This document shows, piece after piece, positions 1-10,023 of a stretch of 64,000 nt of DNA; the stretch's first letter is position 1; each line of letters opens with the position of its first letter. The translations under genes and the position numbers were made by a program. The DNA comes from Candidatus Melainabacteria bacterium (lineage in GTDB: Bacteria; Cyanobacteriota; Vampirovibrionia; 2-02-FULL-35-15): the NCBI GenBank assembly GCA_023250195.1, contig JAHFBF010000004.1, forward strand, positions 5,675 through 69,674. The letters run 5' to 3'. Under the pieces are notes generated by a model. It saw nothing but the letters and a program-made list of their open reading frames with translations. It searched no databases and was not told where the DNA came from.

Positions 1-480
1 GATCTTCTAATCTTCTTCTGATTTCTTCTTCCTCTTCCTTAGAATACACTTCTTGGGCTTGTTCAGGGATGATTTTTTCAAAAACCAAATACTCAATTAT
101 TTCCTTTGCATTTTCTTTTGGATTATCTTTCAGGCTTAAATCTAAATCACAAAGTAGATCTTTAACATCGCCTATGTTTATTTGTAAATAATTTGAATAG
201 TTTTTCTTAACCGTTTTTCTGTCTTCGACTGAAGCATTAGGTGAGATTATTAGGACAAAAACTCCATTTCGATGTAGTAAATTTCCTAAGAAACCTAATC
301 TATCTGTAAATGTAACTTTGTCTTCCGGTGTATCTTTTAGACCGCGTCCCAAAAGCTCACGAATTTCACTTTCAACGATAAGCTCTACATAATTATCCCG
401 GTTAATTAATTCTTCACCTACAAATTCAGCAATTGTAGTTAAGGTTTCTTCTTTGTTTCCGCAAAACCAGATAGTTTTCA
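1..480 (-). CDS. APS-kinase-like domain protein with a degenerate P-loop; 5' part only, the gene runs off the window start
   Basis: Hand translation of the minus strand from ATG at 478-480 gives MKTIWFCGNKEETLTTIAEF...RLGFLGNLLHRNGVFVLIISPNASVEDRKTV. This aligns block by block with adenylylsulfate kinase (WFTGLSGSGKST / ENIRRVGEVA...VVLTAFISP..R), but the GSGKS P-loop and DGD motif are replaced. There is no stop before position 1. The start sits 6 nt after the stop of the upstream gene. Confidence 0.4.
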
Positions 481-485
481 TAATG

Positions 486-1919
486 TTATCCCCGTAGAGG
501 CGTTGCATTCAACGCCTCTACGATTGATTTTCCCTGCATATCACTAGGTATATTAATACCCAACAAATTCAAAACTGTTGGTGCTATATCCATCAAATGC
601 TGTTTGTCATTTCTTTTTCCGTTGAAGTTATGAGCTGGATTATATAGCATGTACATTCCTTCCTGAGCATGATTGGCATCATCTGGACCGGTATCGTTTT
701 CATAAGTATAAATTGAATGTAAGGGCATGCCATGGCGTGTCCCTACACTGCCAACTGATCTCCACCTTAACTCATCAAAAATTACAATTAAATCAGGGGG
801 AATCCTTTTTACATCTTTATAGGTCTCTTCTGGAATATAAGCAACAGTGGCTAATTTTCTGCCCTGCTCATCTTTTATATTTTCAATTTTTTCTTTTAAT
901 TCAGCTCTAAACTTTTTATATTCACTGGCAGGAATCTGTCCATTTGGTTCTCTTCCTTGAATATTTAGAAAAATACGCGCATAATAGCCACCCGAACCCC
1001 AGACTTTTGTTTTCTCCCAGTCGATTTGTAATTTTTCAATCGGAGTAAATGTCTTTGGATATTCTTTTAGTGTTAATAAACCTTCTTTTATTAACCATTC
1101 ATTTATGCAGATCCCACCAAGCATTGCTTTTGCACCATGATCAGAAACTACCATTACTGCAGTTTCATTTAAATCAACTAATTTAAGAGTTTCAGCCAGT
1201 TCATTGTCCAGATAGTTATAATATTCAGGAATAACATTTTCATATTTATTTCCTTTTTCATATTTTGGATGAGTTGGATCTAAAAACTTCCAGAAACTGT
1301 GATGAATACGATCAGTTCCCATTTCAACAATCATTGCAAAATCCCATTCTTTGTTTTTTAAAAGATGCCTGAATGTTTTAAATCTTATTTTTGTAGCTTC
1401 ATAAATTTGTTTTAAAATAGAATCCCTGTCTTCAGTTCTGAAGTGTTTTACATCAGGAATATACTCACCAATATTTTTTTCTATTTCATCTCTCAATTCA
1501 TTTGGATAAGTGTATTGAGATTTTATGCTTGGGGTTAGAAAACAGGTAACCATGTGTCCGTTTATTGGCCTTGGTGGGTAAGTCTGTGGAACACCGACAA
1601 GAATCGATTTTTTATTATTTTTTCCTAAGATATCCCAAACAGCAGGTTCTAAAATATCGGCACCGTTTGAAAAGTACTGACCGTCATAGCTATAATCTTT
1701 TCTGTTTCTAAAACCGTAAACCCCAAGTTGTCCTGGATCTTTGCTTGTTAACATGCATTGCCATGCGGGGACTGTAATTGGTGGAATAGTACTTCTTAAA
1801 TTTCCATATAAACCTTTTTTTAGAAGAGATTTTAAAGTAGGTAAATCATCGATCCATTTGTCGAAAACCCAGTCTGGTGGTGCACAGTCCCAACCAATAA
1901 TTAATACTTGTTTTGCCAT
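486..1919 (-). CDS. alkaline-phosphatase-superfamily protein (type I phosphodiesterase / nucleotide pyrophosphatase family)
   Basis: 477-aa ORF. The N-terminus KQVLIIGWDCAPPDWV is typical of the PF01663-like metal-binding core. Further motifs are VVSDHG and an HG-containing C-terminal region. Confidence 0.6.
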   Translation of the reverse strand: MAKQVLIIGWDCAPPDWVFDKWIDDLPTLKSLLKKGLYGNLRSTIPPITVPAWQCMLTSKDPGQLGVYGFRNRKDYSYDGQYFSNGADILEPAVWDILGKNNKKSILVGVPQTYPPRPINGHMVTCFLTPSIKSQYTYPNELRDEIEKNIGEYIPDVKHFRTEDRDSILKQIYEATKIRFKTFRHLLKNKEWDFAMIVEMGTDRIHHSFWKFLDPTHPKYEKGNKYENVIPEYYNYLDNELAETLKLVDLNETAVMVVSDHGAKAMLGGICINEWLIKEGLLTLKEYPKTFTPIEKLQIDWEKTKVWGSGGYYARIFLNIQGREPNGQIPASEYKKFRAELKEKIENIKDEQGRKLATVAYIPEETYKDVKRIPPDLIVIFDELRWRSVGSVGTRHGMPLHSIYTYENDTGPDDANHAQEGMYMLYNPAHNFNGKRNDKQHLMDIAPTVLNLLGINIPSDMQGKSIVEALNATPLRG

Positions 1920-1925
1920 TTTTTA

Positions 1926-2035
1926 TTAGCTCCAGACAAGCTGGAGCTTTCCTCTCGATTGCTTTAAGTTTGATCGAATTTGCCGGATAAACCGGACAAA
2001 TCCTTTCAGTTGCAATGCGTAAGAAATCTTACCTG
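1926..2035. repeat. MITE-like dispersed repeat, family A (GGATTTGYC hairpin family)
   Basis: ttagctccagacaagctggagct...ccggataaaccggacaaatcc. Related copies lie at 5030, 7729, 17714, 26028, 36641, 40797 and 52588. Confidence 0.6.
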
Positions 2036-2104
2036 AATTATGATAACAGATTGATCGAAATTGTTTGTTGTAGCGACGCGATTAATAAGGGTTGCTACTT
2101 ATGG

Positions 2105-3889
2105 TTATTTTAAAGTACTTCCTATCAATATCCCGTTTGCATAGTAATTGCCGCTTGGTGAGTCAGGCAGGATGTCATAAGTGTGACTGTAAATATAAGG
2201 TATAAGCTTGGCTTCAACTACAAGGCGTTCACCCAGAAGATCTCCCATTTTTAAATCTTTAAATATTTTTCCATCTGCTGTAGGATGCCCTGGGCTTATT
2301 TCAAGTATTGTTCCGTCATTAAATGTAACTTTCAAAACTTTGTGATTTTTAACAGGGGTTTTGCTTACTTTTTTTACTTTTACGATTTTCCCATTATCAG
2401 TAAGCACAAGCTCTCCTTCTCTTATATCGGCAATTCTTTTTTGTTCACCATTAGTTTTAATCCTTGTATCTGGTGAACAGCAGATAGGAACAGGGCATCC
2501 CAGAGGATAGCAGCCATAAGCAGGTAAACCACTGCATTCTGTTCCTTCTGGGCATGAAAGTTCCTGTCCGTTTTCTCCACGGCAATTTCCTTTTGGGCTG
2601 CAATCTTTAATTTCACCTGAGCTTGATGAAACAGTCCTGCAGCCCAGGAAGTCAGGACTGCAGGTAGTGCTATTTAAACACTCTTTTACTTCGCAGGTTT
2701 CATTTTCTTTACAGCAGAATGAGCCGCATTTATTTTTACAAACATCTCTCGGGCAGTTCTTTAATGGGCTTAGCTTCTTTGCTGAAAAAGTTTGATCATT
2801 GTCAGTTGAAATAAGCAAATGTTTTTTATCAGTTAACTTTAAATTTAATTCTTTAGTTAAAGCATTTTCATTTTTAATGGTTATAGAAACCTCGTTATTT
2901 GAAATTATATTTTGTGAGTCTATAATTCCATTTTCAATATCCCCCACAATATTAACCATTCCTTCTAAATTGTTATTTTTAACGCAGAGCTTTAATGTAA
3001 TTGCTTTTAAGCCATCACATTTTTCACAATGACCACATTTGTGACATGTTTGAGGAATAAATGTAAAACCTTTAGTACAAAGAATTGCAATTTGTGGACA
3101 GAGAATGCAGTCAGGTCCTTCATCATTAGGACTTATACCAGCACCATTACAGTCTAATGATTTGCCTCTCCATATCCCGGAGAAATCTTTATTTAAAGTA
3201 ATTGAACTTCCAGAGCTTGATTGTGAAAATTGACATGGATCAGCAAAGTAAAATATCTGATTACATTTTCCGTTTGAACAAGAATAATTTTTAAATGTAC
3301 CGCTGCTTGAACAAATGCCTGAAGGACAATCATCATCAGTAGAACAACTTAAATCTCCAGAACTTGAAGAATTGCATTCCCCTTCAGTGACTTTTTTAAT
3401 ACCAATGGCACTTGCAAAGCATTTGTTGCTGTAAGTTATACCATCACAGCCACAGACAGGTGCAAATTCTAAAGTACAGGCAATATCATCTCCACCTTTA
3501 ACGCAGGTATTTGTATCAAACCTAAAACCTTTTTGACATTTACATTTGGTTTCGATGTCTCCAGAAGAACTTGATGATAGGCAGACACACTTGCAGATTC
3601 TCGGATCATAAGTTCCAAATTTTGATTTACATCCGGCAGGTTCACCAGCACAATCAGTTTGTATTTGCGGGCAGTCAGAGGGTATACAATGAGCACATTC
3701 ATTGCATGTTTGTGGAACAGCAACTTCATTGCTGGAGCAATTAGGAATTTCTTGAATACAAGGTATACATTCAGCTGGGCTGCTTGATGAGCTTGAACTT
3801 ATCTGCCCATTACTTTTTTCTAAAGATAAAAAAGTAATGCTTGTAAGCAGTATAAAAAGAATAAATGTAACTAAGCTTATTTTTTTCAT
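2105..3889 (-). CDS. secreted Cys-rich protein with a Kazal-type inhibitor domain and a C-terminal Hint (bacterial intein-like) domain
   Basis: Signal peptide MKKISLVTFILFILLTSITFLS; poly-Ser linkers; more than 60 Cys. The Kazal signature is CTLEFAPVCGCDGITYSNKCFASAIGIKKVTEGEC. The repeated motif QTC.(E/K)C(A/G)HC occurs. The C-terminus CCSPDTRIKTNGEQKRIADIREGELVLTDNG...ISPGHPTADGK...YDILPDSPSGNYYANGILIGS matches Hint blocks A, B (TxxH-like) and F/G, but lacks the terminal HN. Confidence 0.6.
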   Translation of the reverse strand: MKKISLVTFILFILLTSITFLSLEKSNGQISSSSSSSPAECIPCIQEIPNCSSNEVAVPQTCNECAHCIPSDCPQIQTDCAGEPAGCKSKFGTYDPRICKCVCLSSSSSGDIETKCKCQKGFRFDTNTCVKGGDDIACTLEFAPVCGCDGITYSNKCFASAIGIKKVTEGECNSSSSGDLSCSTDDDCPSGICSSSGTFKNYSCSNGKCNQIFYFADPCQFSQSSSGSSITLNKDFSGIWRGKSLDCNGAGISPNDEGPDCILCPQIAILCTKGFTFIPQTCHKCGHCEKCDGLKAITLKLCVKNNNLEGMVNIVGDIENGIIDSQNIISNNEVSITIKNENALTKELNLKLTDKKHLLISTDNDQTFSAKKLSPLKNCPRDVCKNKCGSFCCKENETCEVKECLNSTTCSPDFLGCRTVSSSSGEIKDCSPKGNCRGENGQELSCPEGTECSGLPAYGCYPLGCPVPICCSPDTRIKTNGEQKRIADIREGELVLTDNGKIVKVKKVSKTPVKNHKVLKVTFNDGTILEISPGHPTADGKIFKDLKMGDLLGERLVVEAKLIPYIYSHTYDILPDSPSGNYYANGILIGSTLK

Positions 3890-4040
3890 CTACTTCATTT
3901 TACACGCAAATAAAACCCCCAGAGCTTAATTCTCTGGAATTTATTGCCTGCTCAATCAGTAACATAATAAGTAAGAACACACATTGTCTAATTAAAATAA
4001 GATTTTATTTTAGGAGGATGACTTATATTATCTATCATTA

Positions 4041-4829
4041 CTAGAAACAATTAAATGGAGAGTTGGACTTTCTTCCATCAAAACTAATACCATATGAAAA
4101 GGTTCCACTTAATTTTTTATTTCCCGTGAGTTGAAGTATTAGCGTAGCCGGCCCCCCGTTTTTATCCTGCAAATTTAAAAACACTACACTATCAGTAAAT
4201 ATTGTTTGGGAAATTATTGTTCCACTGTCTAAAATACCGGGATGATCTACTGTACCTTTTAATTGTCCATCACTTATACAAAGATTTAAAGTGATTGTTT
4301 TAGATGCTTTTACACAGTGAGCGCACTTTGTACAAATTTTTGGTAAAAATACTTGACCTTCCTTGCAACTAGAATTCTGGTTGGAGCAGTTTTGAATTTC
4401 CGGGCAATTGATTAAGCTGTTTGGATTAACATTAGTTCTTAAATCAGTCCCTTTCCAGATGCCTACAAAATTTGGGTTTAAGTTTGATGATCCTGAAGAA
4501 CTTGCTGGAGTAATAACTCCTGAGGAAGTGCTGGAACTGGAAGATGTAGAGCTGCAGAAATCAGCATCAGGATCTGAAGAGGTACCAGTTACACATACTG
4601 ATGTACATTCTCCACTTAGAGATACGCACTTTGGGGTACCTTTATCTGCAGGACATTTCACTGGTCGTGAATTACTGCAGATAGGTTTACTGTTGCCAGA
4701 GTTACAATTATTGCAAAATGGAGAGTCAGTTTGACCAGACATTTTATTAAAACTTAAAAAGTTAAAACATAAAACTAAAATCGAGATCAAAATCAAAAGT
4801 CTAATCTTAATAACATTTATTTTTTTCAT
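4041..4829 (-). CDS. secreted Cys-rich protein, paralog of the middle region of the Kazal/Hint protein
   Basis: Signal peptide and Ser-rich linker. The region FVGIWKGTDLR...KICTKCAHCVKASKTITLNLCISDGQLKGTVDHPGILDSGTIISQTIF aligns with FSGIWRGKSLD...QTCHKCGHCEKCDGLKAITLKLCVKNNNLEGMVNIVGDIENGIIDSQNII of ORF 2105..3889. Confidence 0.55.
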   Translation of the reverse strand: MKKINVIKIRLLILISILVLCFNFLSFNKMSGQTDSPFCNNCNSGNSKPICSNSRPVKCPADKGTPKCVSLSGECTSVCVTGTSSDPDADFCSSTSSSSSTSSGVITPASSSGSSNLNPNFVGIWKGTDLRTNVNPNSLINCPEIQNCSNQNSSCKEGQVFLPKICTKCAHCVKASKTITLNLCISDGQLKGTVDHPGILDSGTIISQTIFTDSVVFLNLQDKNGGPATLILQLTGNKKLSGTFSYGISFDGRKSNSPFNCF

Positions 4830-5029
4830 AGAAGCTGCCTTTTAAGAACCTTATGAATAATGTTAAATATTAGCATTTACAGGCTTTAAACTTTTATATC
4901 TTTACAGGAGCTACTTGGTAGAATAATGAGGTATTCTGAAAATCATTATTTTGTTTGTTCTTACTTTAATGCTAAATGACGAGTGTATACTGAAAATAAG
5001 AATTCTAACTTTATTGCAAGTAAAGGTTT

Positions 5030-5245
5030 TGTCCAATTTATTTGGCAAAACCGATCAATCAAAAAGTGAGGCAGCTAAATAGCGAGGAGTCTGCATAGCA
5101 GCTCCGAAGCGTTATAAAATAAAAAGTAGATATTCTTCCTCACGATTATAGGATTTGTCTGGTTTATCCAGCAAATCCGATCCAGCGAAAAGTGAGAAAG
5201 CTAAAAGCGAAGGAGTCATCGTAGTTCCTCAAGTGAAAATTAAAA
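5030..5245. repeat. two tandem family-A MITE-like repeat units immediately 5' of tRNA-Ser
   Basis: Unit 1 is gtccaatttatttggcaaaacc...gcagctccgaagcgttataaaat. Unit 2 is gatttgtctggtttatccagcaaatcc...gcgactgagcgttataagg. Confidence 0.6.
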
Positions 5246-5272
5246 AAACGAAGATGCGACTGAGCGTTATAA

Positions 5273-5362
5273 GGAGAGGTGGCTGAGTGGTCGAAAGCGG
5301 CATCCTGCTAAGATGTTGTAGGGTCAAAAGCTCTACCGAGGGTTCGAATCCCTCCCTCTCCG
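5273..5362 (+). tRNA. tRNA-Ser (anticodon GCU)
   Basis: GGAGAGGTGGCTGAGTGGTCGAAAGCGGCATCCTGCTAAGATG...GGTTCGAATCCCTCCCTCTCCG. The cloverleaf has a 7-bp acceptor stem, a long variable arm, an anticodon loop CTGCTAA and a GTTCGAATCC T-arm. Confidence 0.9.
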
Positions 5363-5489
5363 AGTTTTTATATAGTGCTCCGCATTTCATAATGAAATGC
5401 TTCACTTTTTTCGGGCTCATTTAACTACGTTCCGATTTTTCGTATACAGAAAAATCTCCACTTGAGATTTTGTTAGACAAAATTAGTGA

Positions 5490-6050
5490 CTAGTTATCAT
5501 AAAACTTAATTCCTCTAAAATTTTTTAGGTCATTTATTTCTTTATCAGCTACATAAAATCCAATTTTTCTTTTCGGTTTTACTTCAGGCTCTGTTAAATG
5601 TTTTAGAGCTTCAAATACAACTTGGAATTGTTTGTCATACTTTCTCTCAATTTCTTCAATTTTTTTTCTTAAGTCTTTATTGGTTTCAATCATTTCTCTG
5701 AACTTAGTAAATGTACGCATAATTTGAATATTTACCATTACTGCTCTTTTACTGTTAAGTACACTAGAAAGCATTGCCACACCTTGTTCTGTAAAAGCAT
5801 AAGGTAAATGCCCTCCTAGACTTTGTTTTGAAGGTATCACAAAATGTGATACCATGCTTTCTACTTCTTCACTTGTAAGCTGAAACATAAAATCGTCAGG
5901 AAAGCGCTCTTTGTTTCTTTTAACTTGTTGCCTTAAAGCTATAGGTTTAACTTTATAAAGTTCAGCTAGAGTACTATCCAGCATAATTTTCTTTCCTCTA
6001 ATAAGATAAATTTTACTTTCTACTTTTTCTGCCAGAATTAAATTTGTCAT
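5490..6050 (-). CDS. ORF6N (KilA-N-like) domain protein, Rha/antirepressor-type
   Basis: IYLIRGKKIMLDSTLAELYKVKPIALRQQVKRNKERFPDDFMFQLTSEE...SKQSLGGHLPYAFTEQGVAMLSSVLNSKRAVMVNIQIM is the ORF6N domain signature. It lies next to a tRNA. Confidence 0.6.
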   Translation of the reverse strand: MTNLILAEKVESKIYLIRGKKIMLDSTLAELYKVKPIALRQQVKRNKERFPDDFMFQLTSEEVESMVSHFVIPSKQSLGGHLPYAFTEQGVAMLSSVLNSKRAVMVNIQIMRTFTKFREMIETNKDLRKKIEEIERKYDKQFQVVFEALKHLTEPEVKPKRKIGFYVADKEINDLKNFRGIKFYDN

Positions 6051-6361
6051 GCAGAGATTGAATCACAACTGATCAATATCATAGTTAAGATGTCACCTAC
6101 GGTTACACTTTCATAACAGATGTAACCCTGGGTTACATAAGATTTTTTAATTTGGAAAACCCTACAGTTGCTAGAACAATAATTTGTTATACCAAATTTC
6201 AACTAGGATGAAAATCATTTTGAAATGTCCTTGACTAGAGCATTTTCTTTAATGTTTTGAAAGTTTTTACAAGAAATACCAAATAAATTTAATGTATTTT
6301 TTTATGCGTGTTAGAATATTTTGACGGTTTAATAAAAGTAAGTTATTTAAGGAGAATAATA

Positions 6362-6790
6362 ATGAAAGCAAGAGGACCATTGGGAACACCAGGTGAAAGT
6401 AGTGGTGGTAGCAGAAATGCTAAGTTAGCTGATGCAAGAGCTTTAATAAGAGAATATGATTTGGCTTCTATAGATGGTATTGAAGCTAAAGTTTTAAAAT
6501 TATTAAATAGGTTTAATGTAGAAGAAGTAGAAACAATAATTGCAGCTAGAGCAGTAGTAAATGAATCTGGAAATGGGAAAGTTGGTTTGGGTAAAGTTGC
6601 TAATTTTGTTGAAGCATTTGGTTTAACAGCTGATGCTTCTGATGAAATTGCAGGAACGTTAATATCATTACAGGAACAAGCTAATGAAGGAAGTAGAAAA
6701 TATAATTTTAATGACCTTATAGATGCGTTGATCCATATTTCAACCAGATATGAGGGTCTTTCGCCTGACGCATGTTTAGCATACCTTTAA
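6362..6790 (+). CDS. hypothetical protein
   Basis: The ORF has a strong RBS (aaggagaataataATG at 6362). The ATG listed in the track at 6308 lacks an RBS. No recognisable domain. Confidence 0.45.
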   Translation: MKARGPLGTPGESSGGSRNAKLADARALIREYDLASIDGIEAKVLKLLNRFNVEEVETIIAARAVVNESGNGKVGLGKVANFVEAFGLTADASDEIAGTLISLQEQANEGSRKYNFNDLIDALIHISTRYEGLSPDACLAYL

Positions 6791-6923
6791 TTTAGCTTAT
6801 GAGAAAATAGATTAAGATGCATAAGGCAATTTTACTGCTCGTGTCTTTTACTAGATAGCTTTTTTCTTTTATTTTAATTTCACTGGAGTTTACAAATATA
6901 CATTGTAAAATTAGATCTGTATC

Positions 6924-7697
6924 ATGCCAAAACAATTTATTGATATTTCAATGCCGTTGGAAAATGATGTGGTCTCTGATCCGGAAGGCTATAGACCGCA
7001 AATTACTTATATTAATCATAATCAAAGTGTTAATCAGGTCTTAGATTTTTTCCCCGGATTAAAGAAAGAAGATTTACCTGATGGTGAAGCATGGGCAATT
7101 GAATATGTTTCACTAATTACACACAATGGCACTCATTTAGATGCCCCATATCACTTTCACTCTACTATGAATAAAGGAGAGCGCTCTATCACTATTGATG
7201 AAGTCCCGCTTGAATGGTGCTTTCAGCCAGGAGTAAAACTTGACTTTAGACATTTTCCTGATGGATACGTAGTTCAAAAAAGAGATGTAGAAAAAGAATT
7301 AGAAAGAATTGAACATAAGCTTAAACCGCTTGAAATTATTCTGGTTAATACAAGAGCCGGGAAACGTTATGGACATAATGACTATGTTTCAAGTGGCTGT
7401 GGAATGGGGAGAGAAGCAACCTTATTTCTTTTAGAACAGGGAGTAAGACTTACTGGCACTGATGCCTGGAGTTGGGATGCCCCTTTTGGACATACTAAAG
7501 AAAAATTTGAAAAAACAAAAAATGCTTCTCTAATCTGGGAAGGACATAAAGTCGGGAAAGATATTGGATATTGTCACCTGGAAAAATTACATAATCTTGA
7601 AGCACTTCCTTCAAACAGATTTATTGTTAGCTGCTTTCCTGTAAAGATAAAAGGTGCTTCAGCAGGCTGGACTAGAGCAGTTGCTATTTTGAACTAA
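6924..7697 (+). CDS. cyclase-family protein (kynurenine formamidase-like, PF04199-type)
   Basis: The HNGTHLDAPYHF motif and a downstream TGTDAWSWD match the putative cyclase fold. Confidence 0.65.
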   Translation: MPKQFIDISMPLENDVVSDPEGYRPQITYINHNQSVNQVLDFFPGLKKEDLPDGEAWAIEYVSLITHNGTHLDAPYHFHSTMNKGERSITIDEVPLEWCFQPGVKLDFRHFPDGYVVQKRDVEKELERIEHKLKPLEIILVNTRAGKRYGHNDYVSSGCGMGREATLFLLEQGVRLTGTDAWSWDAPFGHTKEKFEKTKNASLIWEGHKVGKDIGYCHLEKLHNLEALPSNRFIVSCFPVKIKGASAGWTRAVAILN

Positions 7698-7728
7698 AAG
7701 ACAAGTTAAAGTAATCGTACTTGCAATT

Positions 7729-7815
7729 ATCGGATTTGTCTCATTTATTGAGCAAATCTGATCAAGCGAAAGGAAGCAATTGATGGAAGCTTCAGCTTGT
7801 CTGAAGCACTATAAA
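7729..7815. repeat. family-A MITE-like repeat
   Basis: atcggatttgtctcatttattgagcaaatctgatcaagcgaaag...gaagcactataaa is related to the 5030-5245 units. Confidence 0.55.
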
Positions 7816-7849
7816 GTAGTAAAATTGCATGAAGGCTATTTAAATCATT

Positions 7850-9466
7850 ATGTCTACAAATGTAAATCAAATGTCAAATACAGATCACTATACCGATAGA
7901 AACATTGAGTTTTTTGATTCTGTAATTGTTTTAGATTTTGGATCACAATATTCAGAACTAATTGCAAGAAGAATAAGAGAATTGAATGTTTATTCTGAAC
8001 TTGTTTCTTACAGAACGACACCTGAACAAATTAAAAAGCTCTCACCAAAAGGAATTATCTTATCCGGTGGTCCAAACAGTGTTTACGATAAGGGTGCACC
8101 AGGCTGTGACCCGAAAATATTTGAACTTGGTATTCCCATTCTTGGAGTATGTTATGGCATGCAGCTTATGTCAAAAACTCTGGGTGGAAATGTTATTAAA
8201 GCTGACAAACATGAGTATGGAAAAGCGGTGCTGGAAGTAGATCCGAAAGATAAATTATTTCTGGATCTTGAAAGTAAGTTTGTAAGCTGGATGAGCCATG
8301 GAGACAGTGTTACTAATCTGCCAGATGGATTTACTATAAGTGCAAAAACAAAAAATACCCCCTGTGCTGCCATATCAAACCACGATAAAAAACTTTATGG
8401 TGTTCAATTTCATCCTGAAGTTATCCATACAATGAACGGGCTTGAGGTCCTGAGAAACTTTGTAATAAATATTTGTTTGGCTAGACCATCATGGACAATG
8501 GATAAATTTATCGAGGATGCAATAAGTCAGATTTGTGCAAAGGTCGGTGATAAGAGGGTTTTACTGGCACTATCCGGTGGAGTTGACAGCTCTACACTTG
8601 CATTTCTATTACACAAAGCTATTCCTGAAAAGTTAACCTGCATGTTTATAGATCAGGGGTTTATGAGAAAAGGAGAACCTGAAAGACTAACTACTACTTT
8701 TCAAAATGAATTTTCCATTAAGCTTCATTATGTAAATGCTAAAGAAAGATTTGTTTCTGCTCTAAAAGGTATAATTGATCCTGAAGAGAAAAGAAAAATT
8801 ATCGGTAGAGAGTTTATAAGGGTTTTTGAAGAAGAGTCTAAAAAGGTCGGCCCATTTGATTATTTAGCACAAGGGACCTTATATCCTGATGTAATTGAAT
8901 CAGCAGATTCAAACGTTGATCCAAAGACCGGAGAACGTGTAGCCGTAAAAATAAAATCCCATCACAATGTCGGCGGACTTCCAAAAGATCTTCAGTTTAA
9001 ATTAATTGAACCGTTTAGGAAACTTTTTAAGGATGAAGTCAGAAAAGTAGCCAGGCAGCTTGCTGTTCCAAAAAGAATCATTGAGCGACATCCTTTTCCC
9101 GGGCCCGGTCTTGCCATAAGAATCATTGGAGAAGTTGATGAAGAAAAGCTTCATAGGCTTAGAGAAGCCGACTCAATAATTAGAGATGAAATAAATAAAT
9201 CCGGCTTATACAATTCTATCTGGCAGGTGTTTGGAGTACTGTTACCCATTCAAAGCGTTGGCGTAATGGGAGATAAAAGAACTTATTCAAACCCAATTGT
9301 ACTTAGGGCAGTAACCAGTGAAGACGGCATGACAGCGGACTGGGCAAAGCTGCCTTATGAAGTTTTAGAAAAAATTAGCACGCGTTTAGTGAATGAAGTT
9401 CCTGGAATTAATAGAGTAGTCTATGACATCACATCTAAACCACCGGCTACCATTGAGTGGGAGTAA
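7850..9466 (+). CDS. guaA: GMP synthase (glutamine-hydrolysing)
   Basis: GATase1 N-domain ([27 protein letters not shown]), ATP-PPase SGGVDSS motif, and a C-terminal dimerisation domain ending PATIEWE. Confidence 0.95.
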   Translation: MSTNVNQMSNTDHYTDRNIEFFDSVIVLDFGSQYSELIARRIRELNVYSELVSYRTTPEQIKKLSPKGIILSGGPNSVYDKGAPGCDPKIFELGIPILGVCYGMQLMSKTLGGNVIKADKHEYGKAVLEVDPKDKLFLDLESKFVSWMSHGDSVTNLPDGFTISAKTKNTPCAAISNHDKKLYGVQFHPEVIHTMNGLEVLRNFVINICLARPSWTMDKFIEDAISQICAKVGDKRVLLALSGGVDSSTLAFLLHKAIPEKLTCMFIDQGFMRKGEPERLTTTFQNEFSIKLHYVNAKERFVSALKGIIDPEEKRKIIGREFIRVFEEESKKVGPFDYLAQGTLYPDVIESADSNVDPKTGERVAVKIKSHHNVGGLPKDLQFKLIEPFRKLFKDEVRKVARQLAVPKRIIERHPFPGPGLAIRIIGEVDEEKLHRLREADSIIRDEINKSGLYNSIWQVFGVLLPIQSVGVMGDKRTYSNPIVLRAVTSEDGMTADWAKLPYEVLEKISTRLVNEVPGINRVVYDITSKPPATIEWE

Positions 9467-9754
9467 AATAACCTCTCCACTATTTGGAGGATAAAAGTAA
9501 CTACTCAGCTAGTGTAACTTAACCTACAATAATAAATTAAGGGATACTCTGCAAAGCCCGCCAAGCAACTTAGGAGGAAGGATGGTGGTGAATAATTACG
9601 GATAAAAACTCTAAATTTCTAATTAACTGGTGTGATAAATCTCATAAAAAGACATTAAATCTGGATAATTTAACCTGAGATTAACTTAACTCTGGTTAGT
9701 TTTTTAATGGTTTTGTCTATATAGTAGTTGGTCACCTTGTAAGGAGATTTCAAT

Positions 9755-10009
9755 ATGCTAAATGTAATTAAAGCATTTTTGGTAACAGTTTTAGTTTTTT
9801 CTATTTGCAGTCTAAGCTCATATGCAACTTCACCGGAAGAATACTGTAAAATCCATGAAGATAGTGGTGCCCCCGGTGTATGCACTACCCGTGGAAACTG
9901 TGTAGTACTAACCACAAATCTTGGGATAGACGAGTGCAAATTGTGTACTGATGGTGGCTGCGAATTAGTTGATAATTGTGACCAATGTCCTGAATCTGAA
10001 CCTGAATAA
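9755..10009 (+). CDS. small secreted Cys-rich peptide (84 aa, about 10 Cys)
   Basis: RBS taaggagatttcaatATG; signal peptide MLNVIKAFLVTVLVFSICSLSSYA; mature region CKIHEDSGAPGVCTTRGNCVV...CKLCTDGGCELVDNCDQCPESEPE. Confidence 0.5.
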   Translation: MLNVIKAFLVTVLVFSICSLSSYATSPEEYCKIHEDSGAPGVCTTRGNCVVLTTNLGIDECKLCTDGGCELVDNCDQCPESEPE

Positions 10010-10023
10010 AACAAGTCTTAAAA

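Noticed and set aside
9470-9750. Possible ncRNA or riboswitch in the 290-bp gap after guaA
   Set aside because: Only a weak hairpin (CTCCActattTGGAG) without a T-tract was found. No recognisable conserved RNA motif, so it was not called.
9670-10014. 114-aa minus-strand ORF
   Set aside because: It lies antisense to the well-supported Cys-rich secreted peptide gene, which has a strong RBS, and has no start context of its own.
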